DNA of 64,000 nucleotides from Chloroflexota bacterium (GTDB lineage: Bacteria > Chloroflexota > Limnocylindria > Limnocylindrales > CSP1-4), in assembly GCA_003171065.1 (NCBI GenBank), contig PMXQ01000112.1, forward strand, positions 1,076-65,075. The letters are read 5' to 3'. The notes beneath the pieces are model-generated. The model saw only the letters and a program-made list of their open reading frames with translations. It was not told where the DNA came from and searched no databases. The translations under genes and the position numbers were made by a program. Positions 26,170 to 35,547 of the stretch are shown piece by piece. Within the stretch, counting starts at the first letter, position 1. Each line of letters starts with the position of its first letter.

Positions 26170-27945
26170 TTACGCAGCCGGGGGTGCGGCCGTAGCCTCA
26201 GCCGAGTTCGCGCTTTCGCCATGCACGTTCACGGCGCTCACGACGTAGTAGTAGCTGGTTCCGGCCACGGCGGTCGAGTCGAAGTACTCGGGCAGACCGA
26301 TGCCGCTGGCGATGACCGTGTACGGGCCGCCGGCATTCTCGGAGCGCTTGACCGTGTAGCTGTCAGCCAGCGGCGAGAAATCCCAGTGCAGGTCGATCTT
26401 GTTGGGGTTGACCTTCTGGGTCATGTTCTGCGGGGCAGCCGGAGCGGTCGTCTCGTCCTGGGTCCCGGTCCAGATGAATGTCGCGGCCGACAGCGCGGGC
26501 ACCGCGTACGAGAACGAGTGGTCGCCCCAGCGGACCACGATGCTGACGTCGTAGTTCAGCGGGTTGGACGCGACCAGAACCTTCGACCCGTCCGGGTTCT
26601 TGAACGCAACCGTCCCGAAGCCGTGGTACAGGAACCCAGATGAGGCGATCCGGTACGCCCCCGGCACGACGAACTTGCTGACCTGGCCGATGGAGTAGTA
26701 GTCGCTCGTGAACGTGTATCCGGCCGGCGCCGATGGGTCGACCGTGATGAACCCGATGCACGTACTGCAGCCGCCAGTGTTCGGGCCGCCGGTGGTGTTT
26801 GTCGCGAACGGCCACTTGATCACGGACTTCGACCAGTATCTGACCGAGCCGACCATCAAGTCCGACATGTCGCCCTTGAAACTCTGCTCGAAACCGAGGT
26901 TCATGAAGTCGCTGCACTCGGTCTCCCACATCGGCATGTCCGGGTACGCATCGTGCACGACACCCTGGGCGAAGAAGTTCCCGGCGTAGCAGTGCCAGGC
27001 CGTGCCGGCGACGGCGGCCTTCGCGGCCGGGTCGGAGAGCAACGTCAGGGCGTAGTCGGGCTCGTCCCAGTTGTGATCCCAGAACATGATCTTGGTGTCC
27101 AGGCCGGCTGCCTTGAAGGCGGGCGCCAGGTATGTCTTTGCCAGCGTGGCTTCGTCGGTGGCCTCGAGCCGCATGCCGGGATAGCTGCCGGGTTCGTAGT
27201 GCGGCTCGTTCTGCATCGTCACCGCCCAGATCGGTATGCCCTGGGCCTTGTACGCCTCGACGAACTTGACGAAATACTGCGCCCAGGCCGCGTCGTACTG
27301 GGGCAGCAGCGTGCCGCTGCCGAGCAGGTCGCTGGTCTTCATCCAGGCCGGCGGGCTCCAGGGCGTGCCGATGATCTTGAGTTCCGGGTTGAGCTTCAGC
27401 GCGTCCTGCATGGCCGGGATGATGTAGGCGTCGTCGTGGGCGATCGAGAAGTTGGCCAGGCTCGGGTCCGATTGCCCGGCAGGCATGTCGTCGTACGTGT
27501 ACGCCGGGCCGTTGACGAGGTCGCTCGCGCCCATCGGCAGCCGGACCATGCTGACGCCGATGCCGTCTGTCCTGGAGAAGATCTTGGACATGGCATCTTT
27601 GCGCTGGACTTCGGGCATCTGGGTGTACATCAGCCAGGCCGATCCATCGGTCATCGCCCCGCCGAAGCCGTCCATCTCCTGGAACTGGTTGTTCTCGTTG
27701 ACGTCGACGACCTGGGCCCCGTCCCCGCCCGCGGCGGCCGGCCCGAATGAGACGTCGGGCTCGGCCTGGAGGAGCACGGACTGGTCGGCCTTGGTCACGT
27801 AGACCTTGACCGCACTCGGCGGCTGGACGGTCGGCGTAGGTGTCGCGGCCGGCGAGCAGCCACCCACGAGGGCGACCACGAGCAGGGCCGCCCCGACGGC
27901 GGCTGGCGTCGAATGTCGGTACTGGCGGAGAGAGCTGCGCATCAT
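26170..27945 (-). CDS. Glycoside hydrolase family 30 lipoprotein with a C-terminal fibronectin type III domain
   Basis: Lipobox LVVALVGGCS. Also FGGAMTDGSAW, WSPPAWMK, VTMQNEP (catalytic Glu region), and a C-terminal FN3 pattern (PQNMTQKVNPNKIDLHWD...YYYVVSAVN). Confidence 0.85.
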   Translation of the reverse strand: MMRSSLRQYRHSTPAAVGAALLVVALVGGCSPAATPTPTVQPPSAVKVYVTKADQSVLLQAEPDVSFGPAAAGGDGAQVVDVNENNQFQEMDGFGGAMTDGSAWLMYTQMPEVQRKDAMSKIFSRTDGIGVSMVRLPMGASDLVNGPAYTYDDMPAGQSDPSLANFSIAHDDAYIIPAMQDALKLNPELKIIGTPWSPPAWMKTSDLLGSGTLLPQYDAAWAQYFVKFVEAYKAQGIPIWAVTMQNEPHYEPGSYPGMRLEATDEATLAKTYLAPAFKAAGLDTKIMFWDHNWDEPDYALTLLSDPAAKAAVAGTAWHCYAGNFFAQGVVHDAYPDMPMWETECSDFMNLGFEQSFKGDMSDLMVGSVRYWSKSVIKWPFATNTTGGPNTGGCSTCIGFITVDPSAPAGYTFTSDYYSIGQVSKFVVPGAYRIASSGFLYHGFGTVAFKNPDGSKVLVASNPLNYDVSIVVRWGDHSFSYAVPALSAATFIWTGTQDETTAPAAPQNMTQKVNPNKIDLHWDFSPLADSYTVKRSENAGGPYTVIASGIGLPEYFDSTAVAGTSYYYVVSAVNVHGESANSAEATAAPPAA

Positions 27946-28091
27946 TCAGGCGCCTTTCGACGGATCCCGGTCCCGGTGGGTCCCGGTCATTGCGACAAAG
28001 CGTGTGCCGCGCGGGGACGGCGAACGGCCGGCCGTGCGCTTCTCGCTCACATTCTGACACGCCCAAATGGGCCCGGATGCGTGCGCCACGA

Positions 28092-28147
28092 TCAGCCGGG
28101 CGCCGGGCCCCGGTCAGTCGGGCGCCGGGCCCCGGTCAGCCGGTGGG
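28092..28147. repeat. 22-bp tandem repeat TCAGYCGGGCGCCGGGCCCCGG, about 2.5 copies
   Basis: Units at 28092 and 28114, with a partial copy at 28136. It is intergenic, between the GH30 start and the IMPase-family gene stop. Confidence 0.7.
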
Positions 28148-28293
28148 AGGCTTGACGGGCCGAGTCAAGACGAAGCCCGCTGCCAGCACCACGAGGAGAC
28201 CCACCCTTCCGCTGCTCTCGGGGTTGATGGTGCTCTCCGTTGGGCTGTTCCTGACGTTCATCGCCCTCGCCGCGCTCTAGGCGCTGGCGTCCG

Positions 28294-29091
28294 TCACTCG
28301 GTAGGACGGCGGAGCCTGCTCAGCAGCTCGTTGTGGATCAAGCCGTTGGTGGCGACGGCCGAGCCACGATCGATGGCCCGCTCGCCCGTCACGGTCGTGA
28401 ATCGCCCGCCCGCCTCCTCGACGATGACGAGCGGCGACGCCCAATCCCACGGATGAGCCCCAGTCTCTATCATCGCCTCGGCCGATCCCTCGGCCACGAG
28501 CATGTGGCCCCAGAAGTCGCCGAAGCCACGCGTCCGCCAGGCCGCCGCCATCGCCGCATCGAACCCCGGAACCATCCCTGAGGCGACGTCGTCGCGGCGG
28601 CTGCCGTAAACGAGTTGCGCTTGCTCGACCGTGGCCACCTTGCTGACCGCGATCCGGTCGGAGCCGCGCCACGCTCCCCCACCTCGCCATGCCACCCAGC
28701 GCTCGCGCATGGCCGGGGCGCTGACGACCCCGAGCTGGATCTCGCCGTCTACGGCCACGGCGAGAAGGGTCGCGAACACCGTGATCCCGCGCACGAAGTT
28801 GTGAGTGGCGTCGATCGGATCCACGTACCAGCAGATGCTCGCGCCGGCGGCTTCGGTCCCCTCCTCCTCGCCGACGATCCCCGCGCCGGGGAACTCGCGG
28901 TTGAGCCGGTCGCGGACCATCCGTTCAATCGATCGGTCGATCTCGGTCACGAGCGACTTATCGGGCTTGGTCGAAATCTCGACGTGGCGCCGGAAGCCCG
29001 CCAGCGCCAGCTTGTCGGCCTCGTCGGCCAGCGCCAGCGCGGCGTCGCGCCAGTGGAGTAGTTCGGATTGGGAGGTGGCGGGTTGCGTCAT
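28294..29091 (-). CDS. Inositol monophosphatase-family protein (possibly histidinol-phosphatase HisN type)
   Basis: WYVDPIDATHNFVRG and WDWASPLVIVEEAGG are signature IMPase motifs. Confidence 0.85.
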   Translation of the reverse strand: MTQPATSQSELLHWRDAALALADEADKLALAGFRRHVEISTKPDKSLVTEIDRSIERMVRDRLNREFPGAGIVGEEEGTEAAGASICWYVDPIDATHNFVRGITVFATLLAVAVDGEIQLGVVSAPAMRERWVAWRGGGAWRGSDRIAVSKVATVEQAQLVYGSRRDDVASGMVPGFDAAMAAAWRTRGFGDFWGHMLVAEGSAEAMIETGAHPWDWASPLVIVEEAGGRFTTVTGERAIDRGSAVATNGLIHNELLSRLRRPTE

Positions 29092-29236
29092 GGTGTGATC
29101 GTAGCCGGACGGCAGTCGGGGTGGCGGTCCGGCGGTGGCGGGGCGGCGGTTCGGGCGCCCCCGTGGCCGGCCGGAATCACTGGTTGGAATCGAAAGGCGC
29201 CCCGAAGGGCGCCTTTCTCGTTGACCGGGTTCGGTC

Positions 29237-30634
29237 CTAGCGGGCGGCCTTGAGGGCCTCCGGCATCGGCTTGTGGAACTCGACGGGCTTGACGTACTTC
29301 TCTACCAGGGCGCGGCTCCCGGGAGTGCCGAGCTGCTTGAAGAGGAAGTCAACTTTCGCGGCCTGCGAAACGAGGATCACGTCCTTTGTCGGCAGCTCCC
29401 AGAGCTGGCGCTTGAACGGGCCGATCGCCTTCTTGCGAGCCGTGTAGACGAACTGCGTGTCGGTCTGATCGGGCTTGCGCTCGTCCAGGGCGTTGGCGAA
29501 GCACCACGCCTCGATCGCCTTGTGCATTTCGGCCGGGAAAGCCGGGTGCTCGAAGAGGGCGTTCTGGAAGCCGGTCGCGAGATGGATCTCGGCGCAACCG
29601 GTGGCCGGGAACTTGTGGAACATGTCGTCCGGCAGGGTGCTGGCGCCGTGCTGGACCGCGCCCGACAACCCGTACGAGCGGGCGACCGCCGACAGTTCGG
29701 TCAGGACGCCGAAGTCGAGCGCGACCTCGGCCACCCCGCCGCCCGCCAGCGGAGTGCCACCATGGCTCGTGCCCGTCTGGACGGAAACCTTCGAGAGGCC
29801 GATCGCGCCCTTCGCCCGGGCGTCCAGTTCGCGACGGTAGCCGTCGAGGTAGGTCCTTAGCTCGTCCGTCGTGGAGTTCTTCTTGCCGACCTCGCCGATC
29901 TCGCCGCCGACGCTGACGGTCACGCCGTCGGTCTCGAGCGAGCGGATGAGGGCGGTCAGCTCGGCCGCCCGCATGTAGTTCTCGTGCTGCTGGGCATCGA
30001 GCGTGGGGTGCGAGAGGTCCACCAGAGTCGAGCTGTCGATGTCGATGTTCCGGTAGCCGGCGGCAATGGCGTCGCGGCAGCCCTTGCGGATCTCGTCGGT
30101 CATCTTCTCGGCGTCGGCCGCGTACTTCTTGGCGTTGAACTGGTAGTGGTCGCCCTGGATGAAGACGGGCCCCTTCCAGCCGGCCGCGATCGCGCCGGCG
30201 AGGACGCTCGTGGCGTACTCGAAGACTCGCTGGAAGGTGTAGGTCTGCTCCGAGCGCGCCAGCTCGAAGATGACCGCGGCGGAGTCGTTCTTCCGGGCCG
30301 TCTCGAGGATGACGCGGGCCATGTCGAAGGTCTGAGCTCGCAGGTTGATGGCCGGAACGGTCATCCCCTGGTACTCGTTCCGGGCGCGGGCGTTGTACAG
30401 CTCCTGGATGCTCGCCGAGCGAGCGCCGGTGGCCTGACTGGCTTCCCAGACGATCCAGCGGGCGGCTTCGACCGTGGCCTCATCCTCGCTGAAAGTGGCG
30501 GTCCAGGCGAGGTCGTAGATGCCGCGCGTCCGGAGGGCCGCCTCGTCGCTTACGACGAGGCGCTCCCCATCGATCCGCACTATGCCGTCGAGGGCGGCAA
30601 GGAGCTCCTTGACGGAGCCGGCTACCTTGGGCAT
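29237..30634 (-). CDS. Class II (metal-dependent) fructose/ketose-bisphosphate aldolase, long form
   Basis: VPAINLRAQT, IQGDHYQ, VSVQTGTSHGG and AVQHGASTLP. The start is taken at M41 (MPKVAGSV). Confidence 0.8.
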   Translation of the reverse strand: MPKVAGSVKELLAALDGIVRIDGERLVVSDEAALRTRGIYDLAWTATFSEDEATVEAARWIVWEASQATGARSASIQELYNARARNEYQGMTVPAINLRAQTFDMARVILETARKNDSAAVIFELARSEQTYTFQRVFEYATSVLAGAIAAGWKGPVFIQGDHYQFNAKKYAADAEKMTDEIRKGCRDAIAAGYRNIDIDSSTLVDLSHPTLDAQQHENYMRAAELTALIRSLETDGVTVSVGGEIGEVGKKNSTTDELRTYLDGYRRELDARAKGAIGLSKVSVQTGTSHGGTPLAGGGVAEVALDFGVLTELSAVARSYGLSGAVQHGASTLPDDMFHKFPATGCAEIHLATGFQNALFEHPAFPAEMHKAIEAWCFANALDERKPDQTDTQFVYTARKKAIGPFKRQLWELPTKDVILVSQAAKVDFLFKQLGTPGSRALVEKYVKPVEFHKPMPEALKAAR

Positions 30635-30782
30635 TGCGTTCGTTCTCCTGACGATGCCCGGCCTCGGGCGCCGGAGGCGCACCAAAACCGGGAATGGGTC
30701 CATTGATGGCTGGTGAATGGTACAGCGAGCGTCAGGTCCGCCGCCCTGCCGCATGTCCCTTCCCCGTCGCCGAGCGGACGGC

Positions 30783-31213
30783 TCAGGTTGGGTCGCTCGG
30801 ACCGCCCGAGATGACCTCGAAGATGACTTCGGGACTCGTTGCGTCCGCGGCGGCGGCCGTCGCCCGATCGATCGCGGCGCGAACCCGGGCCAGCAGCTGC
30901 TCGGGCACGAACGGCTTCTCGATCAGGTCGATGTCCTCCGGCAGCGCGTGTCGACCGCCTCGGGCAGCAGGATCTCGATCGTTGTGCCCGGCCCCGGCCT
31001 GGAAACCAGACTCACCTTACCGCCCGACTGGACGACGAAGCCCTCGACCATGGCGAGCCCGAGACCGGTGCCCGAACCGACAGGCTCGGTCGTGAAGAAC
31101 GGGTCGAAGACCTGCGAATGGAGCTCCGGCGGTCGCCGGAGGGTCGGGTTCTCGGCGCCCGATATGACTGACCGCGAAACGTCGCGGTCCGCCGAAGACG
31201 CTGCCTCCGAGGC
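30783..31213 (-). pseudogene. Relic of a hybrid sensor histidine kinase (HATPase_c tail + last helix of a receiver domain)
   Basis: Own translation gives ..FDPFFTTEPVGSGTGLGLAMVEGFVVQSGGKVSLVSRPGPGTTIEILLP (G2 box). Then, in another frame, ALPEDIDLIEKPFVPEQLLARVRAAIDRA. There is no start codon, the G1 box is lost, and most of the REC domain is deleted. Confidence 0.6.
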
Positions 31214-32305
31214 TCAGTAGTTGCGCGTCGCCAGGATCACCTGCAGAGCCGCACCTTGCGACGCCAGGAACACTCCCTCCTTGGACCGGATCCAGACCGG
31301 GAGGCCGATGTAGCCGTTCAGGCCGAAGAGGGCGGCGAGGTAAACCTGTGGCGCCAGGAGCGGGTTGTATTCGATGTCCGCACCGAGGTCGCCGGCGATG
31401 AGGGCGTTGAACCCGTCGGCGGTGGCGTCTATGCCGACGACCATGATGTCCTTGCCGGGCTTCAGGCCGGCTGCCTTGATCGCCTGGATGGCGCCGATCG
31501 CCTCCTCGTCGTCCTGGGCGAAGACGCCCTGGATGTTCCTGGTCTTCTTGAGCATGGCCGCCATGACGGCCTTGGATTGGGCCACGCTCCAGGCGCCGTT
31601 CTGGCTGAAGCCGGCCGGGATCGTAATCCCGCAGTCGCCCATGTTGTCGCGGAAACCCGCGGCGCGGTCCATGGCGATCAAATCGCCCACGCCGCCGGTG
31701 ATCTCAACGACGTTGTGTTTGTCAGCGTAGAAGCCCGCCAGGAGCGTGCACATCGCCGTGGCGGCATTCTGGCCCTCGGCCACGAAGTCCGGACCGACGT
31801 ACGTGGTGTACAGGCTCGGGTCGGAATCGATCGGGAGGTCTTCGATGACGACGACCTTGCCGGCGGCCTTGGCTTCCTTGAGAACGTCGTCGTAGCCGGT
31901 GGTGTCGACGGGGTCGAGGACGATGACGTTGACGGCCGGATCCTCGTCGAACTGGTGGAACGCAGCGATCTGGTTCTGGAAGCTGTCCTGGGCATCGAAG
32001 AGCTTGAGGGTGATGCCATCCTGGGCCGCGGTGTCCGTGAAGCTCGCCGTGTTCGCGGCCCGCCAGGGGCTCTCTGATCCGGTCTGGATGAATCCGACGA
32101 CCATGTCCCTGTACGTGTAGACCTTCGCCGTCGGGGTCGCGATTGGAGTGGGCGTCGGGGGCGGCGTGAGCGTCGGGGGCGGCGGTGTGGTCGGGACCGC
32201 CGTCGGGGTCGGGCTGGAGGACCAGCAGGCGGCAACCGCCACCGTCACGGCGACCATCATGGCGATGCGAAGCGATCGAGACTTCGCCATTCGAGACTTC
32301 GTCAT
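31214..32305 (-). CDS. Periplasmic sugar-binding lipoprotein (RbsB/LacI-type binding fold), with no cognate ABC permease or ATPase nearby
   Basis: Lipobox VAVAACWSS and a Pro/Thr linker. VVGFIQTGSESPWRAANTASF...QNQIAAFHQF...VVGIDA is typical of Peripla_BP_4. Confidence 0.85.
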   Translation of the reverse strand: MTKSRMAKSRSLRIAMMVAVTVAVAACWSSSPTPTAVPTTPPPPTLTPPPTPTPIATPTAKVYTYRDMVVGFIQTGSESPWRAANTASFTDTAAQDGITLKLFDAQDSFQNQIAAFHQFDEDPAVNVIVLDPVDTTGYDDVLKEAKAAGKVVVIEDLPIDSDPSLYTTYVGPDFVAEGQNAATAMCTLLAGFYADKHNVVEITGGVGDLIAMDRAAGFRDNMGDCGITIPAGFSQNGAWSVAQSKAVMAAMLKKTRNIQGVFAQDDEEAIGAIQAIKAAGLKPGKDIMVVGIDATADGFNALIAGDLGADIEYNPLLAPQVYLAALFGLNGYIGLPVWIRSKEGVFLASQGAALQVILATRNY

Positions 32306-32738
32306 TGTCGATCACCGACTGCGCACGGGCCGTGGTTCACGGGCCGTGGTTGAGGTGGAGATAGTCCTGCACTCGTCCGGAAGGGACCGCGCCAGCCCAT
32401 GGCGCCCTCTCTGTCCGGGGAGGAATCCTACAGCGACCCGACGGCGGCGTCTGATCGCTCGAGGAATGGCACAGCGGCCGGCGTCGTGCAGGACTCGGCA
32501 GATCGACCCGGCGCTGTTCTCGAGCGAGCACGGGCATTGACAGTCTTCAGCTACCTCCCGTAGACTCCCGCAGGTCCGCCACGAGGGCGGCAGCAACACG
32601 AGGTGTGTTCGTGCGCGATCTTGCAAGTAACGCAACGGCAGGAGCCGCTCTCAGCAGCGGCAGCCCTGTCGTGCGCGGGAGATCTGCGCCCACCGAGAGC
32701 TAGCCCCAGGCGGTAGTGCCGCCAGGACGAACCTCTGA

Positions 32739-32770
32739 GCCGTGGGCCAGATCGGGCCCCCGGCTTTTTT
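32739..32770 (+). terminator. Candidate intrinsic terminator / attenuator in the leader of the ABC exporter operon
   Basis: Imperfect GC hairpin GCCGTGGGCC-agatc-GGGCCCCCGGC followed by T6 (32765..32770). Such a T-run is rare in this GC context. It lies 110 nt upstream of ATG 32881. Confidence 0.4.
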
Positions 32771-32880
32771 CATGCCCCCTGTCAAGCGCGAACGCCTCGG
32801 GGGCGAGCCGCGAGCCCCATCCCGCATCTACCAGCTCGCGGTTCCTCCACGGCCGCGAGCTCCACCCCGAGGGAGGAGCC

Positions 32881-33762
32881 ATGAGCATCGCGGTTCTGGA
32901 AGCAACTCAATCGCCGGCCTCGAGCCGGCCCATCGCCAACGAGTTCCCGGCCGGCCCGGCCGCCCTGCTGGTCGACCACGCCACCAAGTGGTTCAAGGTC
33001 GATCGACGCAAGCCACCGGTCATGGCCGTGGACGACGTCTCGATCCGCATCGAGCGGGGCGAGATCTACGGCCTGCTCGGGGCGAACGGAAGTGGCAAGT
33101 CCACGTTCATTCGCCTGGTGAGCGGCCTGCTGACCCTCGACGCAGGTCGGGTCGAGGTCTTCGGCCACGACCTGGTCCGCGAGGAGATGGCGGTCAAGCG
33201 GCTGATCAATCGGGTCAGCGTCGACGCCGCCTTCTTCAAGAAGCTCTCGCCGGCCGAGAACCTCTCGTTCGCGGCCCGTCTCTACGGCCTGGACGCAGGC
33301 GAAGCCCGCCGAAAGGCGGCGCTGATCATGGCCCGCCTGGGCATCGGCGAGAAGCGGATGGGCCGGCCGGTCGAGCAGATGAGCCGGGGCATGCAACAGA
33401 AGGTCGCCATCGCCAGGGCAATCCTGACGAGCCCGACGCTGCTGCTGCTGGACGAGCCCACGACCGGGCTCGACCCGCGATCGAAGCTCGACGTCCAGTC
33501 GTTCGTCGAGGAACTTCGGGCCGATCACGAAGCGACGATCGTTTTGACCACGCACGACCTCGCGGAGGCCGATCGGCTGTGCGGGCGAATCGGAATCCTG
33601 GCCGGCGGGCGACTGACGGCCGAGGAGACGCCCGAACGCCTCAAGACACGCGTCGCCTTCGAATACGGACTTCCGCCCACGCTCGAAAGCGCCTTCATGC
33701 AATACACCGGCCGCTCCCTCGACGACGACGTCGAGGAGGGCGAAGCCGAGCCGGCTGAATAG
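32881..33762 (+). CDS. ABC transporter ATP-binding protein (ABC-2 / DrrA-like exporter type)
   Basis: Walker A GANGSGKST, signature MSRGMQQK, Walker B LLLLDEPTTGLD. The ATG is preceded by GGGAGGAG. Confidence 0.9.
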   Translation: MSIAVLEATQSPASSRPIANEFPAGPAALLVDHATKWFKVDRRKPPVMAVDDVSIRIERGEIYGLLGANGSGKSTFIRLVSGLLTLDAGRVEVFGHDLVREEMAVKRLINRVSVDAAFFKKLSPAENLSFAARLYGLDAGEARRKAALIMARLGIGEKRMGRPVEQMSRGMQQKVAIARAILTSPTLLLLDEPTTGLDPRSKLDVQSFVEELRADHEATIVLTTHDLAEADRLCGRIGILAGGRLTAEETPERLKTRVAFEYGLPPTLESAFMQYTGRSLDDDVEEGEAEPAE

Positions 33763-33917
33763 CCGGTCGGCCGGCGCATTCCGTCGTTGGCTCCTGCGCT
33801 CCTCGCACACGCACCTTCAAGTGCGCTCGCTGCGGTGCTCAGAGCCGCCTACACCTAGGACTGCATCCGGCGGCCCGTCTATCAGGTCAGAACCACAGAA
33901 CTGAAAGGGACACTTCG

Positions 33918-34112
33918 TTGCATTCGCACCATCTCGCTCTGGAGATACACGGGGAACGCCAGCGGGAGATCGAAAGCCGCCTTCGCATCCGGTCAGTAGA
34001 CCGGAGCCAGATCCGGCGCCGCTCTTGCCGCCACCGCCTCGGCTACGGGCTGATCCAGGTTGGGTCGATGCTCGCAGCCGATGGCCCACTCCAGCTGGCC
34101 GCCCGACGCTGA
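33918..34112 (+). CDS. Small hypothetical protein (Arg-rich helix + hydrophobic LG..L..VG..L segment)
   Basis: 64-aa ORF with a TTG start in the 385-bp gap between the ATPase and permease genes. Its pattern resembles the 74-aa ORF at 52670..52894. Confidence 0.35.
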   Translation: MHSHHLALEIHGERQREIESRLRIRSVDRSQIRRRSCRHRLGYGLIQVGSMLAADGPLQLAARR

Positions 34113-34147
34113 GGCGCCGGGCGGCCACGCCCACAAGGAGACCCAAC

Positions 34148-34942
34148 TTGACCGCAATCAGGCGCGAGACGCTGGCCAGCTATGCCTTCGTTGAGCGCAA
34201 CTTCAACCTGACCAAGCGCTACTTCGGCTGGGAAGTGGCCTTCCTCGTCTACGCCGTGGCTGGCGCGCTTTCGGTCTCGCTGATCGGCGAGTCGGTCGGC
34301 AACCGCCGCCTGCTCATGTCGCTCGTGGTCGGCGCCGTCTTCTGGAACTACCTGTCCGTCGTCTTCAGCTCGATCGGCGACACGATCTCGTGGGAGCGAT
34401 GGGAGGGCACGCTCGAGTACACGATGATGGCCCCGGTCCGGCGCTCCGTGCAGCTTCTCGGGTCCGCGCTGTACGCGGTGATCTACGGCCTGATCCACAC
34501 GACGATCCTGCTGATCGTGCTGGCGCTCTTCTTCTCGCTCGACCTCGGCCACGCCAACCTGGGCGCGGCCGCGATCTTCATGGTGGTCGGCTCGGCCAGC
34601 TTCATCGGCATCGGGATGCTCGCCGCCATCATGCCCATGATGTCCGTTGAGCGCGGCTCGCAGATGGTCTTCGTCCTCCAGTCGTGCCTGCTCCTGATCA
34701 GCGGGGTATACGCACCACTTCCGTCCTCGATTGGTCCACTCCGTTACATCAGCGAGCTCTCGCCGGCGACCTACGTCCTGCGCGGGGCGCGGTCGGCGCT
34801 GATCGACGGAGCCGGGCCGGATTGGCGCGAGGTGGCCATCCTGGTCGTGATGGCCTGCTTCTTTATCCCGGTCGGGCTGTGGGGCTTCGGTCAGGCCGAG
34901 AGGTACGCCAAGAAGACGGGCAAGTTGAAGCGAGTCGGCTAG
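34148..34942 (+). CDS. ABC-2 type transporter permease
   Basis: The TTG start is preceded by AAGGAG. There are six hydrophobic segments. The C-terminus reads ..LLISGVYAPLPSSIGPLRYISELSPATYVLRGARSALIDG..GLWGFGQAERYAKKTGKLKRVG. Confidence 0.85.
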   Translation: MTAIRRETLASYAFVERNFNLTKRYFGWEVAFLVYAVAGALSVSLIGESVGNRRLLMSLVVGAVFWNYLSVVFSSIGDTISWERWEGTLEYTMMAPVRRSVQLLGSALYAVIYGLIHTTILLIVLALFFSLDLGHANLGAAAIFMVVGSASFIGIGMLAAIMPMMSVERGSQMVFVLQSCLLLISGVYAPLPSSIGPLRYISELSPATYVLRGARSALIDGAGPDWREVAILVVMACFFIPVGLWGFGQAERYAKKTGKLKRVG

Positions 34943-34964
34943 GTGCGCGACGATCGACCAAATG

Positions 34965-34997
34965 ACGAAGCCTCGGTCCAAGAGGCCGAGGCTTCGT
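34965..34997. terminator. 12-bp perfect stem hairpin between convergent genes
   Basis: ACGAAGCCTCGG-(9 nt)-CCGAGGCTTCGT. There is no clear U-run. Confidence 0.45.
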
Positions 34998-35038
34998 GCT
35001 CCTTCCGTACGGTTGCGGCTGCGGGCTTGCGGGCGGGT

Positions 35039-35434
35039 CTACCTAGACGCAGTGCACAAGTAGTTGATGTCCGTGCTGACGAGTTGGACCTCGTCAATCC
35101 CCATCGACGGGCCAAGCGAGGCGTCGTTCAGGCCCGCGACGATCGCGGCACATGCCTTCTTAACAAGTTCGCTCTTGGCATCCACAGAGTCAACCAGAAT
35201 GACTTCTATGTCCGGTCCGTCCCCAAGATGCCCCGCTGGATATACGGTCACGTCTGGCAGACCCTTAACCCGATTGAGGATTCCGTACCAGTCGGTGTCT
35301 TTCGCGATGGTCTGTATACGTACAGCCGCGGCACGGGAGAGCGTGGGGTCCGGGATGGGTTCCTTGGTCCCGAGGCAGGCGCCCACGGCTACCGCAAGAA
35401 GAATCGCCAACGAGATCCCCAACCCTCTCCGCAT
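35039..35434 (-). CDS. Lipoprotein, hypothetical (cargo of cassette 1)
   Basis: MRRGLGISLAILLAVAVGACLG lipobox. 131 aa. Confidence 0.6.
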   Translation of the reverse strand: MRRGLGISLAILLAVAVGACLGTKEPIPDPTLSRAAAVRIQTIAKDTDWYGILNRVKGLPDVTVYPAGHLGDGPDIEVILVDSVDAKSELVKKACAAIVAGLNDASLGPSMGIDEVQLVSTDINYLCTASR

Positions 35435-35547
35435 TTGCTGAATCTAGCACTTCGCCTTGGGGTTGAAGACGGAGTAGGCAATACCGGCCCAACTGTCCCC
35501 GTGCGGTCTTGCATAGTCTGGTGCGAGAACGTGCGGTCTGCAGTAGT

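Noticed and set aside
27840-28280. 146-aa plus-strand ORF ending in a hydrophobic segment (LLSGLMVLSVGLFLTFIALAAL)
   Set aside because: Most of the ORF is Arg/Pro/Gly shadow sequence overlapping the GH30 N-terminus and the 22-bp repeat. Only the last ~35 codons look protein-like, which is not enough support for a gene call.
32560-32775. Assignment of the exporter leader to a known riboswitch class (glycine, TPP, cobalamin)
   Set aside because: There are only short chance-level resemblances, such as GGGAGA..CACCGAG. None of the conserved cores I know (B12 box, TPP CUGAGA/ACCUGA pair, glycine GGAGAG..CACCGAAGGGGCAA) is present.
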